From: Octopus bimaculoides
Lineage: Eukaryota
NCBI RefSeq assembly: GCF_001194135.2
Contig: NC_068986.1
Location: 46,961,455-46,999,503, forward strand
DNA length: 38,049 nucleotides
Direction: 5' to 3'
The notes under the pieces are model-generated. The model saw only the letters and a program-made list of their open reading frames with translations. It had not been told where the DNA came from and did not search any database. The translations under genes and the position numbers were made by a program. The stretch's first letter is position 1. Every line of letters starts with the position of its first letter. Positions 11,860 to 22,644 of the stretch are shown piece after piece.

Positions 11860-12030
11860 GTTGACTAGTAAAGAAGTTGGACTGTAATACAAAATGTCTA
11901 GCGAGATTCAGTTATGGACCTTTACGTTCTGAGTTCAAATTCGCCGAGATCATCTTTGATTTATTCTGCTGCTGTTGTTAAAATGATACCGGTCGAGTAG
12001 TAGTAGGATCGATATGAATTATAACCTTCA
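11860..12030 (+). mobile_element. Degenerate SINE family B
   Basis: TTTACGTTCTGAGTTCAAATTCGCCGAG..AAAATGATACCGGTCGAGTA..GGATCGAT. Confidence 0.6.
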
Positions 12031-12449
12031 TCAAAACCTATGAAATCAATATCAGTTCAAAGGTGACAAATACTATAGAGAAAAGCACATGCTCAACATA
12101 ATGCGGGTAACTCTGTGATACAGTTAAAAGTTTTGCATTAGGATGAAACTCAGCGATTAATATAGGAATAGAATAACCCATATAAGCCAATATAACCGAA
12201 ACACTAGTAAATTATCTGTAAATCTTGTTGCATATAAAATATACTCTATAACTATATAGTTATATATACTATAAAACTATATAATTGTATAGTTATATAT
12301 GCTATATAACTATATAATATAGATAAACTACTCAGAAAGCAGTGTTGAACTTTTCAACAGTTCATTTTCACATCATTTTGCTGACGGCATTATGCTGTAT
12401 GGATTGTAATAGTTCAATAGTTGTTTTCTACATATGATGCAATAGCTTA

Positions 12450-12740
12450 AGTTTCCCTGTTAGAGTTCCGCGCGTACGTTACATTTACTTGGCCGATTCA
12501 GATCTACTTCTGCAACTCTACTTCAGCATCCCTGCATAGAAAGAGTGCATGTACATTGTCATTCGGAATAAACAACGGAAGAGTGATCATATAGGAAGCA
12601 AATGATAACAGATCAACTATCAAGTGGTATAATAATTCTCATTTATCGCGTAAGAATAGATTTTAAACCTTAAAAAAAATTAAGTTGACCTCTGGAAATC
12701 AACAGTTTAGTTTAGATTCAAAGGCAGCCAATTTTCTGAA
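12450..12740 (+). pseudogene. Decayed coding segment of unknown family (copy B of a paralog pair)
   Basis: Reads YFCNSTSASLHRKSACTLSFGINNGRVII*, then VRIDFKP*KKLS*PLEINSLV*IQRQ in a shifted frame. Aligns with 9468-9670. Confidence 0.5.
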
Positions 12741-13433
12741 TCATTAAGGAATAATCTATTCGAAGTGCAAGCCAAATAATAAAAATTAATTGTATCCAAA
12801 TATTTCCAGCAAAGGCATTATTTCAAGTAGTATTCATACTGAAATGAAAAAATAAGATAAATATTCCATGAATTACAATGTAAATGGTTTAATCTATGAA
12901 AATTAATTATTATTCTACTACTTTCCGTAATGAAAACAATAGACTTCACAGTTAGCATCTTAGAAGTTGTTTAAAAGTTTGCTTGTTACCCGCGGCTGTT
13001 CTAATAGTTTCCTATCACGATCAATATATATTTTCTTTCTTTTCTTTATTTCTTTTGATATTTTTCTTTCTAATATTTCAAATGTAATTATTTTCGAATT
13101 CCTACGAAAGATGTTTTGAAAATCATTGTACTTCTTAATTTTAACTTCCTTTTCTTATTATTTTGCAAAAATTTATTTAGCTAGACTAAATTCTATGCTA
13201 TTTTGATGTATTTTATACTGGATATAGCAGAACACTCATCAGATGTATCAACCTCCATAATTATATTAATACATAGAAAACTTTAATCAGAAACTGTTAT
13301 TGCGAATCAATGATTGCCACAACCGTTTTAAATATTTGGTACGATTATTGCACAGAATCCATTCCACCTCAACCACGAGCTGGCATACACAGGTGCTTAC
13401 AATTGTCAAGTATTACCTCTAAATTTTACTTTA

Positions 13434-13436
<3 letters not shown>

Positions 13437-13478
<42 letters not shown>
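13437..13478. repeat. (TA)n microsatellite
   Basis: Direct reading. Confidence 0.95.
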
Positions 13479-13480
<2 letters not shown>

Positions 13481-14093
13481 CAGATGTATTGTGATTAGGG
13501 TTTCAGACGTGTTTCTTTTTGATGAACAGAAGTGTTACACCATTAAAAAGCCGTTTTCATCAGGAGAATGTTTGTAAGGATTAAATATCGTGAACATCTC
13601 AAGAACAAGTACAGAGGTGCCATTTGACTCAACAGACCTAACTTCGATTTCAATGTTTAATTCTTATATGCATTCACCTCATAAAAACGTTTTTGTTGTT
13701 GTTGTTGTTGTTGTTGTTTACTCTTGCATGATGTAACACTTCTTTTCATCAGTAAAAAACATGTCTGAAACAGCTGTAGTGAACCAAAATCTATCTGTTG
13801 TTATTTGTTTATTATTCACCTAACTCGACACCTACAATTCATTTGGATCTAGAGTCTACTGAGCGCGATGCAATAGATGCAGTGAGTATAATTATGTGTG
13901 ATCTTGGCGATTTGTTATCTATTCAGTCGGCCATTTGTGATTGTAAGCACAACCGGAGTACAATTCCGTGTTTACTTTAATAAGTACGCATTTATCATTA
14001 AATATTGCTTGTATGTGATAGCGATATTACCGACCTGACCTGGGTGCTTTACTATTTAAGTACCTGATTCTTTTGAATCTTGAAAAATTCATA

Positions 14094-14126
14094 TGTGTGT
14101 GTGTTTGTGTTTGCGTGTGTGCGTGT

Positions 14127-14214
<88 letters not shown>
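14094..14214. repeat. (GT)n microsatellite
   Basis: Direct reading. Confidence 0.97.
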
Positions 14215-14218
<4 letters not shown>

Positions 14219-14287
14219 AAATTTACTTCACCATCGTTAGAATACTCGATACGCTAAAGTTGTTTAATTATTGACCTTCAGGCGCAT

Positions 14288-14500
14288 AAGGCGGCGGGTT
14301 GGCAGAATAGTTAGCACACTGCACGAGATGCTGCTTAGCGGCATTTTGAGCGTCTTTACGAGTTCAAATTCTACGGAGGTCGATTTTACCTTTCATTCTT
14401 TCGGGACCGATGAAATAAGAACTAGTTGAGTACTTGGCTCGATGTAATCGACTTCTCCCTCCCCTTAAAATTACTGGCCTTGAGAGAAAAGTAGAAAGGA
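14288..14500 (+). mobile_element. SINE family B, near full length (tRNA-derived head)
   Basis: AAGGCGGCGGGTTGGCAGAATAGTTAGCAC (A-box-like) .. GAGTTCAAATTC (B-box-like) .. TTTCATTCTTTCGGGACCGATGAAATAAG .. GGCCTTG..GTAGAAAGGA. At least 8 related copies in the window. Confidence 0.85.
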
Positions 14501-14508
14501 TTAAATTT

Positions 14509-14920
14509 AGGTGCAGGCATGGCTGTGAGGTTAAGAAGCTTGCTTTGAAACCTCGTAGTTTCAAATTCGGTGCCACTGTACGGCACCTTGAGCAAGTCTC
14601 CTATTATAACTCTGGACCGACCAATACCTATTGTATGAATCTGGTAGGCAGAAACTGTGTGGAAGCCCGTCATATATACACACACATATATATGTATGTA
14701 TGTGTCTTTTGAGCTTGTCCCTTACTACCGCCACTTGACAATCGGTATTGCTTCGTTTACATCCCCGTAACTTAGCGGTCCAGCAACAATGCCGATAGAA
14801 TAAGTACCAGATTTCAAAACATAGTACATGGAGTCAATTTTGCTTGACTAAAGTCTTCTAGGCGGTGGTTCCAGCATGGCTGCATTTCAGTGACTGAAAC
14901 AAGTCAGAGATAAAAGATAA
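14509..14920 (+). mobile_element. SINE family A, full length
   Basis: AGGTGCAGGCATGGCTGTGAGGTTAAGAAGCTTGCT head, GCACCTTGAGCAAG, internal (CA/TA) tract, tail CCAGCATGGCTGC..GACTGAAACAAG..ATAAAAGATAA. Confidence 0.88.
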
Positions 14921-15474
14921 TGTATAAAGGTTAGAATTTATTAAATTCCGCCTGCACAGAACCTCAAAGAATCATAGTGCTGAAAGTGAACGTTAATGGA
15001 ATACTCTACCATTAAAATCTAACTTATACTAATTAGAATATAATGTATTATTTAATAACCTGCGTAATTAACTTGTGAAATATCCCACTCTTTGCTATTC
15101 TCAAATTCTAGCTTCCTCTTATCACTTGAGCCAAGCTAATCTATTGTTATATAAAGAATAAAGACAAACTGAGATTAACTGCTTAAAATATCGGCCACTC
15201 TTTTCCAACGCCCTTAGCTATGGTAGTTCCTCTTCTTGCGAAAACGCATATCTATCATACTCTTTCTGATAAACATTCATATCTTCCCTGCCCTTTGATA
15301 ACTTTATAAAGGATACAGTTTGTGCAAATGTTTTAACATGTTTACACAGTAAAATAACTAGTATGTAAAAGAAAATATTTTAAATGATATTTTTCAATTT
15401 TAAGAAATTTCTTTAAGGCACCTGCATGGCTGTTTGCATCACCGTAATTTCAAGGTTCAGCAAAAGAAACAGAT

Positions 15475-15713
15475 AGAATATTTTATCTTTTTTCAGTCAT
15501 TAGACTGCAGTCATGCTGGAGAACCGCCTCGAAGAATTTTTAGTCGAATGAATCAATCCCAGTACTTATTTTCTTTTAAGCCTGGTATTTATTTTATCGT
15601 TTCTTTTGCCGAACCGGTAAGTTACGGAGACGTAAACGCACCAACTGGTTGTGTGGCGGTGGTGGGGAACCAACGCAACCACACACACATACACACATAC
15701 ACACACACATTTG

Positions 15714-15777
<64 letters not shown>

Positions 15778-15926
15778 ACGCACTTTTTAAGTTTCTGCCT
15801 ACCAATCTACTCACAAGGCTTTGGTCGGCTCGAGGCTATAGGGGAAGACATTACGCAGTAGGACTGAACCCGGAACCGTGTGACTGGAAAGCAAACTTCT
15901 TACCACACGGTCGCACTTGTGTACCA
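15475..15926 (-). mobile_element. SINE family A, full length
   Basis: Reverse complement of the family A layout, with internal (CA)/(TA) tract at about 15680-15775. Confidence 0.88.
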
Positions 15927-15929
15927 ACT

Positions 15930-16035
15930 TTAAAAGTAAGTACTGAGGTCGATGTGTTCGATTAAAATTCTTCAAGGTCGTGCCCTGGCATGGCTGCAGT
16001 CCAATGACTGAAACAAATGAAAGATAAAAGATAGA
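15930..16035 (+). mobile_element. SINE family A, 3' tail fragment
   Basis: AAGTACTGAGGTCGATGTGTTCGATTAAAA..GCATGGCTGCAGTCCAATGACTGAAACAAATGAAAGATAAAAGA. Confidence 0.85.
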
Positions 16036-16410
16036 TCTATCCTCCCTGTTGTACAATGACGCTTTTTTTTATATCGCCATTTCACTTCCTTATTCTAAAA
16101 CATCATCTAAAATCTCCCCCGCCCCAAGAAGTAAGATTAACCTGACCAATACGATTACACTATCACTTGTTTTCCCCACCTATTGTAATCGAAATTTTTC
16201 GATTATATTCTTACGTGGCGTCTGCATCTCTACCTCATTTCCCGTACTGTCTTCGTATTAGTCCCGCTCGACTTACATTTAAATGCAGCAAAGTACTATT
16301 GTCACGCCCATCGATGTTCATCCCCTCAAAATCTTTACCTCTTATTCTCTGACAATACTTGTAAGACTATGCTTCGCGGTGGATATCTAATAAGATCTAA
16401 ATATGTATGG

Positions 16411-16620
16411 AGTTCTTTTACTTGTTTCAGGCATTAGACCGCGGTCATGCTGGGGCACCATCTCGAATTTTTAATCGAATGAATCGACCCCAGAACTTCT
16501 TTTTTAAGCCTGGTACTTATTTCATCAACCACTTTTGCTGAACCACTAAATTACAGGGATGCAAACACGCCAGCACTGGTAGCCAAGCAGTGGCAGGGAG
16601 ACAAATACAAAGACACACAC

Positions 16621-16682
<62 letters not shown>

Positions 16683-16846
16683 GACAGGCTTCTTTCAGTT
16701 TCCGTCTACCAAATTCAATCACAAGGCTTTAGTCGGCCCGAGGTTATACTAGAAAATACTTGCTGAAAGTGATACGCAGTGGAACTGAACCCGGAACCAT
16801 GGGGTTAGGAAGCAAACTTCTTACCACACAGCCACGCTTGCGCCTA
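16411..16846 (-). mobile_element. SINE family A, full length
   Basis: Minus strand begins ATAGGCGCAAGCGTGGCTGTGTGGTAAGAAGTTTGCTTCC..GGTTCCGGGTTCAGTTCCACTGCG. Internal microsatellite at about 16612-16681. Confidence 0.9.
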
Positions 16847-16888
16847 TGTCAATGATTTTTAATTGGATTTGGGAGTTTCCTCACTTAT

Positions 16889-17145
16889 CTTGTTGTTGCT
16901 GTTTGTTCCTTCTCGAGCCATGCCTGGCTCATTAAGGGCCGGTTTCCCAGGTGTATACGTTCCCCATCTGGACAGGACGCCAGTCCGTCGCAGGTGAGCT
17001 GCTAGATGCAGGAAGAAAGAGTGAGAGCTGCGTGGAGTTAGGTATTTCGCTCATAAAACACTCACATCGCCCACTCTGAGATTCGAACCCGCGATCCCAC
17101 GACCGCGAGTCTGCTGCTCTAACCACTAGGCTATGTGCCTCCACG
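16889..17145 (-). mobile_element. tRNA-derived SINE family C with V-domain-like core and 10-bp target-site duplication
   Basis: A box TAGCCTAGTGG (17133-17123), B box GGTTCGAATCT (17089-17079), core CCTGCGACGGACTGGCGTCCTGTCCAG resembling the V-SINE domain, (CAA)-like tail, and direct repeat CCTCACTTAT at 16879-16888 and 17146-17155. Confidence 0.85.
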
Positions 17146-17694
17146 CCTCACTTATTTTATTTCATCTTACTTGATGATCAATGTTAATGCTGTTTACTCT
17201 TCTGAGCAGGTGCAATTTTGATAAAAATTTAGCTTTGAGATTTCACTACAAGAATGTTAGTTCCTACTATACTACTGCCAATTTAAATTGACTGACTCGG
17301 TTACCTTGGTTACAATAGTGCTCTCATAGTCTTTCCATTAAAAATGAAACAACAATATTACTATCCTTCTCTGCTAGGTGTATCTATAATTTACATTAGT
17401 TCAGGAGACAAACGTAAGTAATTTAACAGAGAGTTATACGTTGCTTTGTAAGTAAAATCTAAAATTTTGACATCATTACATATTACTACCAGCTAAAACT
17501 TTTACTTTATCAGGAAACCATCATTGTCAAACAGTTAAAATCGTTTTCAAAGTATACCTCTACTAGCTTCAAGCAAATAGAACTGTTATATTTAACTACG
17601 TATATTAATTGTTCTAATTTATAGGTTTTTCCCGAGTCTTTCTGCACCGTTATCCTCTTTAGAAATCCTTCAATCCTCTTCTGTACATCCACTT

Positions 17695-17895
17695 TCAAAT
17701 ATTTTTCACATGATCTTTTGGAGATTTTCCATTGCCTTTAACAGTAATTCTTAGCATTTCCTTACTTACATTCCCATTCAAATATCCGACTGACAGATAA
17801 GTTGAATTACTAATGACTTAAAACGAGCAGTTTTGCATTTTAGCATTTTTTTTTTCTCTTTGACTGACATTCGAAAGCCTCGTAAAAGCTATAAA
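17695..17895 (-). pseudogene. Candidate second coding exon of a type II membrane or secretory-pathway gene, with premature stop
   Basis: Acceptor ATATTTTGGTTTCTAG at 17896. Phase-0 frame FIAFTRLSNVSQREKKNAKMQNCSF*VISNSTYLSVGYLNGNVSKEMLRITVKGNGKSPKDHVKNI* has four N-x-S/T sequons. An in-phase GTAAGT donor follows 17770. Confidence 0.35.
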
Positions 17896-17956
17896 CTAGA
17901 AACCAAAATATATAACTGATGTTGAAGCACTTTCATTTACCACTGCATTCTGCTTG

Positions 17957-17960
<4 letters not shown>

Positions 17961-18033
<73 letters not shown>

Positions 18034-18117
18034 NNNNNNNNNNNNNNNNNNNNNNNNNNNNNNNNNNNNNNNNNNNNNNNNNNNNNNNNNNNNNNNNNNN
18101 NNNNNNNNNNNNNNNNN

Positions 18118-18168
<51 letters not shown>
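17961..18168. repeat. (CA)n and (TA)n microsatellites flanking a gap
   Basis: Direct reading. Confidence 0.95.
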
Positions 18169-18173
<5 letters not shown>

Positions 18174-18850
18174 TTGCTAGTTTCAATCATTAGACAGCGG
18201 GCATATATTACGTGTATGTATATATGTATGAGGATGTACATATATTTGTTTTGTGTGTGTATGTATGACTGGATGGGGAGGCGCTCATTTTCTTGTCAGC
18301 TTGTTTGCATTGGGATAATCATAATTGAAGTATCTATCGTATTTAAGAAAATGTGTGTGATTGTATATATCTTTGTATCAGTATGTGAGTGTGTGTTTAT
18401 GTGTGTGTTATGTGTGTGTCTATGTTTGTGCGTGTGTGTGTGTGTGTGTATCGACCTACAAAACATTTTATGCTTCTCTAAATAATGATTTCCTACAACA
18501 TCCATAAATAGTAACAGCTGTAATTGACGTTAAAAGACACGATGTACATTTGTTTAGATGCTCGAAATCAACCGTGTCTTCTTCACAGTAACATTTTTTT
18601 TTTTTTTGTAATATTCAACTTTCCTATCCTTTCGTGAGTAGAGCTTCATACAAGTATGTATTATTTTTGTTATCACTGTTTATGTTGCTGAGAATGGTAT
18701 ATATACTACAATTGTCCACTTGCATACACATATACAAAAACAATTGCTGATTTTGTAGATTTGTTACCAATAGATGCAGTAGCTTTAGGCTTTCTCGATG
18801 AAAAGATTTATTCACTAGTTTTGTATAAATTCTTATTATCATTTACTCAC

Positions 18851-18943
18851 TAAAGAAAGCAGCGTAGCCAATAATATTCGTTGATTCTTCCGTTTTAGAG
18901 ACGTCATTGCAGCTGATGCTCAGTTTGAAATTCTATGAATTGT
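18851..18943 (-). CDS. Candidate exon carrying a start codon and signal-anchor start (MTSLKRKNQRILLATLLSL)
   Basis: Acceptor TTTTTCTTTACAG (to 18944) and donor GTGAGTAA (from 18850). ATG at 18907 in GCAATG context. Basic residues followed by a hydrophobic run. No homology evidence. Confidence 0.4.
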
Positions 18944-19394
18944 CTGTAAAGAAAAATAGTTCCAGAGAGAAAGGCGTTTAGGGCAGTTAGCGCAGGCTTA
19001 TGTGTGGGGAAGAAATATAGTAGGAATAACGAGAAAATGAAATGCGTATCGAGTAGGTTTTGACATAAGTGATACATACATTGTTAGTTCAGTTCAAGAA
19101 GCTCATAAACCGTAAGTGTAGAAGAAAGTTAACAAATTGGTAAGCCAGTCGGGTGACATATTGTTGAACAATCTAGGTTGTTTGAGAGTGTAGTAGCAAT
19201 CGCTCCAGATAGGTAAGCAGTGCAATAATGTGATCTTCACTTGAGTTTTGTGGACATTCAGTATCATGACCAAAGCTAGAGAATTTTATTATTCTAAAGA
19301 GGTTGCCTAACTTTTTGCATAGTCTTTTGGACCGCTAGCTCTTGTACGACACTTCCCACTAGCACATAAATATGATGAATTTTTCATTGCATAC

Positions 19395-19470
19395 CTCATT
19401 AAGGACAGCTATTTTCGCCTAAGCAACATCGTTTCGCACATCACACATTACAACCGAAAGATCATCAGAA
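19395..19470 (-). other. Candidate 5' untranslated first exon
   Basis: Donor GAG|GTATGC at 19395/19394, lying downstream of a CCAAT box. The 5' end is a guess. Confidence 0.25.
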
Positions 19471-19499
19471 ATTTTCAAGGTCGTATTTGCAGCAACCTG

Positions 19500-19745
19500 G
19501 TTGATTTTAACAAGTTGTGATTGGCTGTACAAATGCGCCTACAATATTATCTTTTATGGGAACTACACTTTTATAACATCAAAAACAATATCCCAAAGGT
19601 AAGAACTACTGTTTATTAATTAATTTTTTTACGCCCTATATTATTGGTACACATCAGTTTGGCAACCATCATAATATTCAGACGTCTTATCACGACCATT
19701 TGACCGTAAACGTTCGCAAAGCACTGGGGTGACGTCAGTGGTAAA
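19500..19745. promoter_or_regulatory. Candidate promoter with CCAAT box and CRE
   Basis: AGCCAATCA on the minus strand (19518-19526), perfect TGACGTCA (19730-19737), and more CpG than flanks by eye. Confidence 0.4.
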
Positions 19746-20499
19746 TATATTATCTAATGAACAGGTCAACTTTGTCTTTCGTTCCACCATCATGGATAAA
19801 GTGAAGTACCAGTCAGTACTACGCCCGATATAGCTAATTATATTTTCTTCTGATATAGGCTTTGTATCTATATCAGAAATAACTAATGTATATAAAGAAA
19901 TCTATCTTATATAAAAGTTCAAAAAGTGATAAATTGCCGGCTAATTGATCTAGCAATGCTTTTTCGACATCCTCTTCTAAATATCATACTAGTATTATAA
20001 AATCTTTGTGTCTGATACATCCCTGAGAGGGAGTAGGAGAGAATAGAAAAATGTAGCATAGATGAGTGTGACTATTGTGATAGACGAATTGCATGTAAAA
20101 TTTTCTGCAAGCGTTAGGAATAAATGGAATAAGTAACAGTGGTGATCAACATAGACGAGTGCAGTGGACGGATTGGAGTTGTAGAGATGCAATCTGCAAC
20201 TTTTGCTGTTAAAAGTCTTTGGTGGTATACTCAAGAGTAGAGAATAGCATAATGGGTGTCACACGCGCTGCTGATAAAAATCATTCTTTGCCAATATGCC
20301 AATAAAAATCATTCTATGTACAAGGTAATCTACTCAAAATGGAGCCGAATTTTTTAAAATGATTGCTATACTTATAATTTACTTCAACTTGTCTACATCA
20401 TAATAGTCTTGTCCTCTATCGACACACCTTCCATCGTTTTTCTGAGATGGAGACCCGTTTGAATCGTAATTTCAAGGGTGATGCATAATCTACGTCGAA

Positions 20500-20650
20500 T
20501 TAAATGCTTAGGGACATTTCTTCCGACTTTAAGTTCTGAGTTCATATTCTGCTGATGTTAACTTTGCCATTCATTCTTTCAGCGTCGATAAAATAAGAAA
20601 CAGTTGAGGACTAGGATGGATGTAATCGACTAACTCTTCCCCATCCCCAT
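20500..20650 (+). mobile_element. SINE family B, degenerate
   Basis: AAATGCTTAG..GTTCTGAGTTCATATTCTGCTGATGTTAACTTTGCCATTCATTCTTTCAGCGTCGATAAAATAAG..ATGTAATCGACT. Confidence 0.75.
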
Positions 20651-22214
20651 GCAAAACAGTTGTTGGCCATTATCTACAGTACTTTAGAAATCTTGTATAG
20701 AAAGAGACTGAATATGCATTGTAACAATTATAGAATATACTACCTTATCTTGATCAGGAAATTGTTCTTGATTGGTCTTGATTACGGGATTAAATCTAAG
20801 GAATTAGAATAAAAGAAGACTCATCTGTCAGTATCAATTAGTTCTTTTCTGTACATATGAAAATTGATTGGAGATGCAGTTAACTACATTTAATTAAGAA
20901 ATACTTGATGAACATCCATCTGGACGATACGAACATACAAATCATTTAGAAACATTTTCGTTATATAATCAGTCGTGAATTTTCTTATTTCATTCAATCT
21001 CTTTAAAAGAACTGGATGAAGTAAACGAATTCCTAATAGAAACTTTAATTTACTTTCGCTTTTATTCTTTCTCCTTAACAAATCTCACTGATATTAGTCC
21101 TTGAAACCAGAGTGCAACAATAATTTCGACATTATTCATTGCCAATATTATATTTGTTTACTGCCTGTGGTGACTGTTAGTCACTGGTTCTTTTTAATGA
21201 GATTTCCCAAGTGTAGATGAGTCAAAAGGGAACATATGACAAAATACCAATCATCTTATTTATATGTCTTTCACTGGTTCACTACATTAATCCGCTGTAA
21301 TTTCATCAATAGATTTCTAGTTGAAGCCATTAGCTCAATATAACCGTCGACAATAACCTTATCACTCTCAATACATTCGATAAGCCTTTTTCATGTTTTC
21401 CTCTGTACTACCTCTCTTAGATTTTACACTAAGCACTTTATGCAAACTTTCCCCAAATGCTTCTCAATTAATTCCCTTTCATTCAGAGATGGATTTGAAA
21501 ATATTTTGAGCATATCCTGACCTGTCAGACTAACAAATAAAAAAAAGTGCGATGACTAAAAACTAAAACCGTTACTGAACAAAATAACCTTATTTCCCCT
21601 GGAAAATGTGTAAATATTCTTGTTTCCAGTTCTAACAAAATCATTTACAGAAGCCATACATTTTCTAAGCAAGCATATTTTTAATTAGAATACATCGGCT
21701 AGAAAGTTACACATTTTCCTGCGTGATTTAAAATAATTCTTGCTGCAAGTCAACGGAACACTTTGGAATAAAATTATATCATTGGCACCAGGCTGACTCC
21801 TCGAAAATTGACTTTGTCGCAAAATTGTCTGAAGTCTTTGAACAATTATTAACCTCTGCTAGTAATATATTAGTATTTCTGTCATTTGTGACACTTGAAG
21901 AAGTTCTCAGTAGTCTAGAAAGGTGTCCACGATAATTCTGAATCAACTAATTACTTAATTGGAACCGTGAAAGTGGGATAATTTTATTAATCGATTCTTC
22001 TAAACAAAGCATTCCTAAGCTGACACACAAAATATCCAATAGGTTTCGGAGCAGAAATGTTGCTATATACGTTGATTGCTCTTACTACTCATTACGAAAG
22101 TAAAATAATGTTAGATATTATTATCTTAAGGGTCGTCAAATCTCATTTAACTCTTTAATAAATGACCAGATTTGACGACAGTATTAATATATGAAACTAT
22201 AACGAGTAAATATA

Positions 22215-22217
<3 letters not shown>

Positions 22218-22248
<31 letters not shown>

Positions 22249-22258
22249 NNNNNNNNNN

Positions 22259-22322
<64 letters not shown>
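22218..22322. repeat. (CA)n/(TA)n microsatellite
   Basis: Direct reading. Confidence 0.95.
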
Positions 22323-22644
22323 GCACAGGTGTAACTTCTGAAAATGAGAAAATATTTTTCTCTGTGTGATACATCTGAAGTTCATTCTTACCATTTGCTT
22401 CATTCATATGGACGTAATTTCATACCAGCGATTACATGTTGGGTTATGTACTCTCAGAGATAAAATAACCTGTTTAAATTTACTAAAGAAATGTCTGCAT
22501 TGTTTCATATACGTATACCTCCAGTATAACCCCAGTAATATATTTAAGCGTCACAGCTTATACCCTCCCCACACTGAAGGTATTTTTCTACCTTTCATAG
22601 ACAGTAATTAATTCTCATTCCATTGTTCATTCCTGATTGATCAA

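Noticed and set aside
17070-17145. Functional tRNA gene
   Set aside because: A and B boxes are present but the cloverleaf is incomplete, and the sequence continues into a SINE body with a target-site duplication.
17590-17670. Alpha-1,2-fucosyltransferase (GT11) assignment from an ERLGKNL resemblance to GRLGNQM
   Set aside because: It needs a frameshift, and the HVRRGD and other downstream GT11 motifs were not found. No gene symbol is given.
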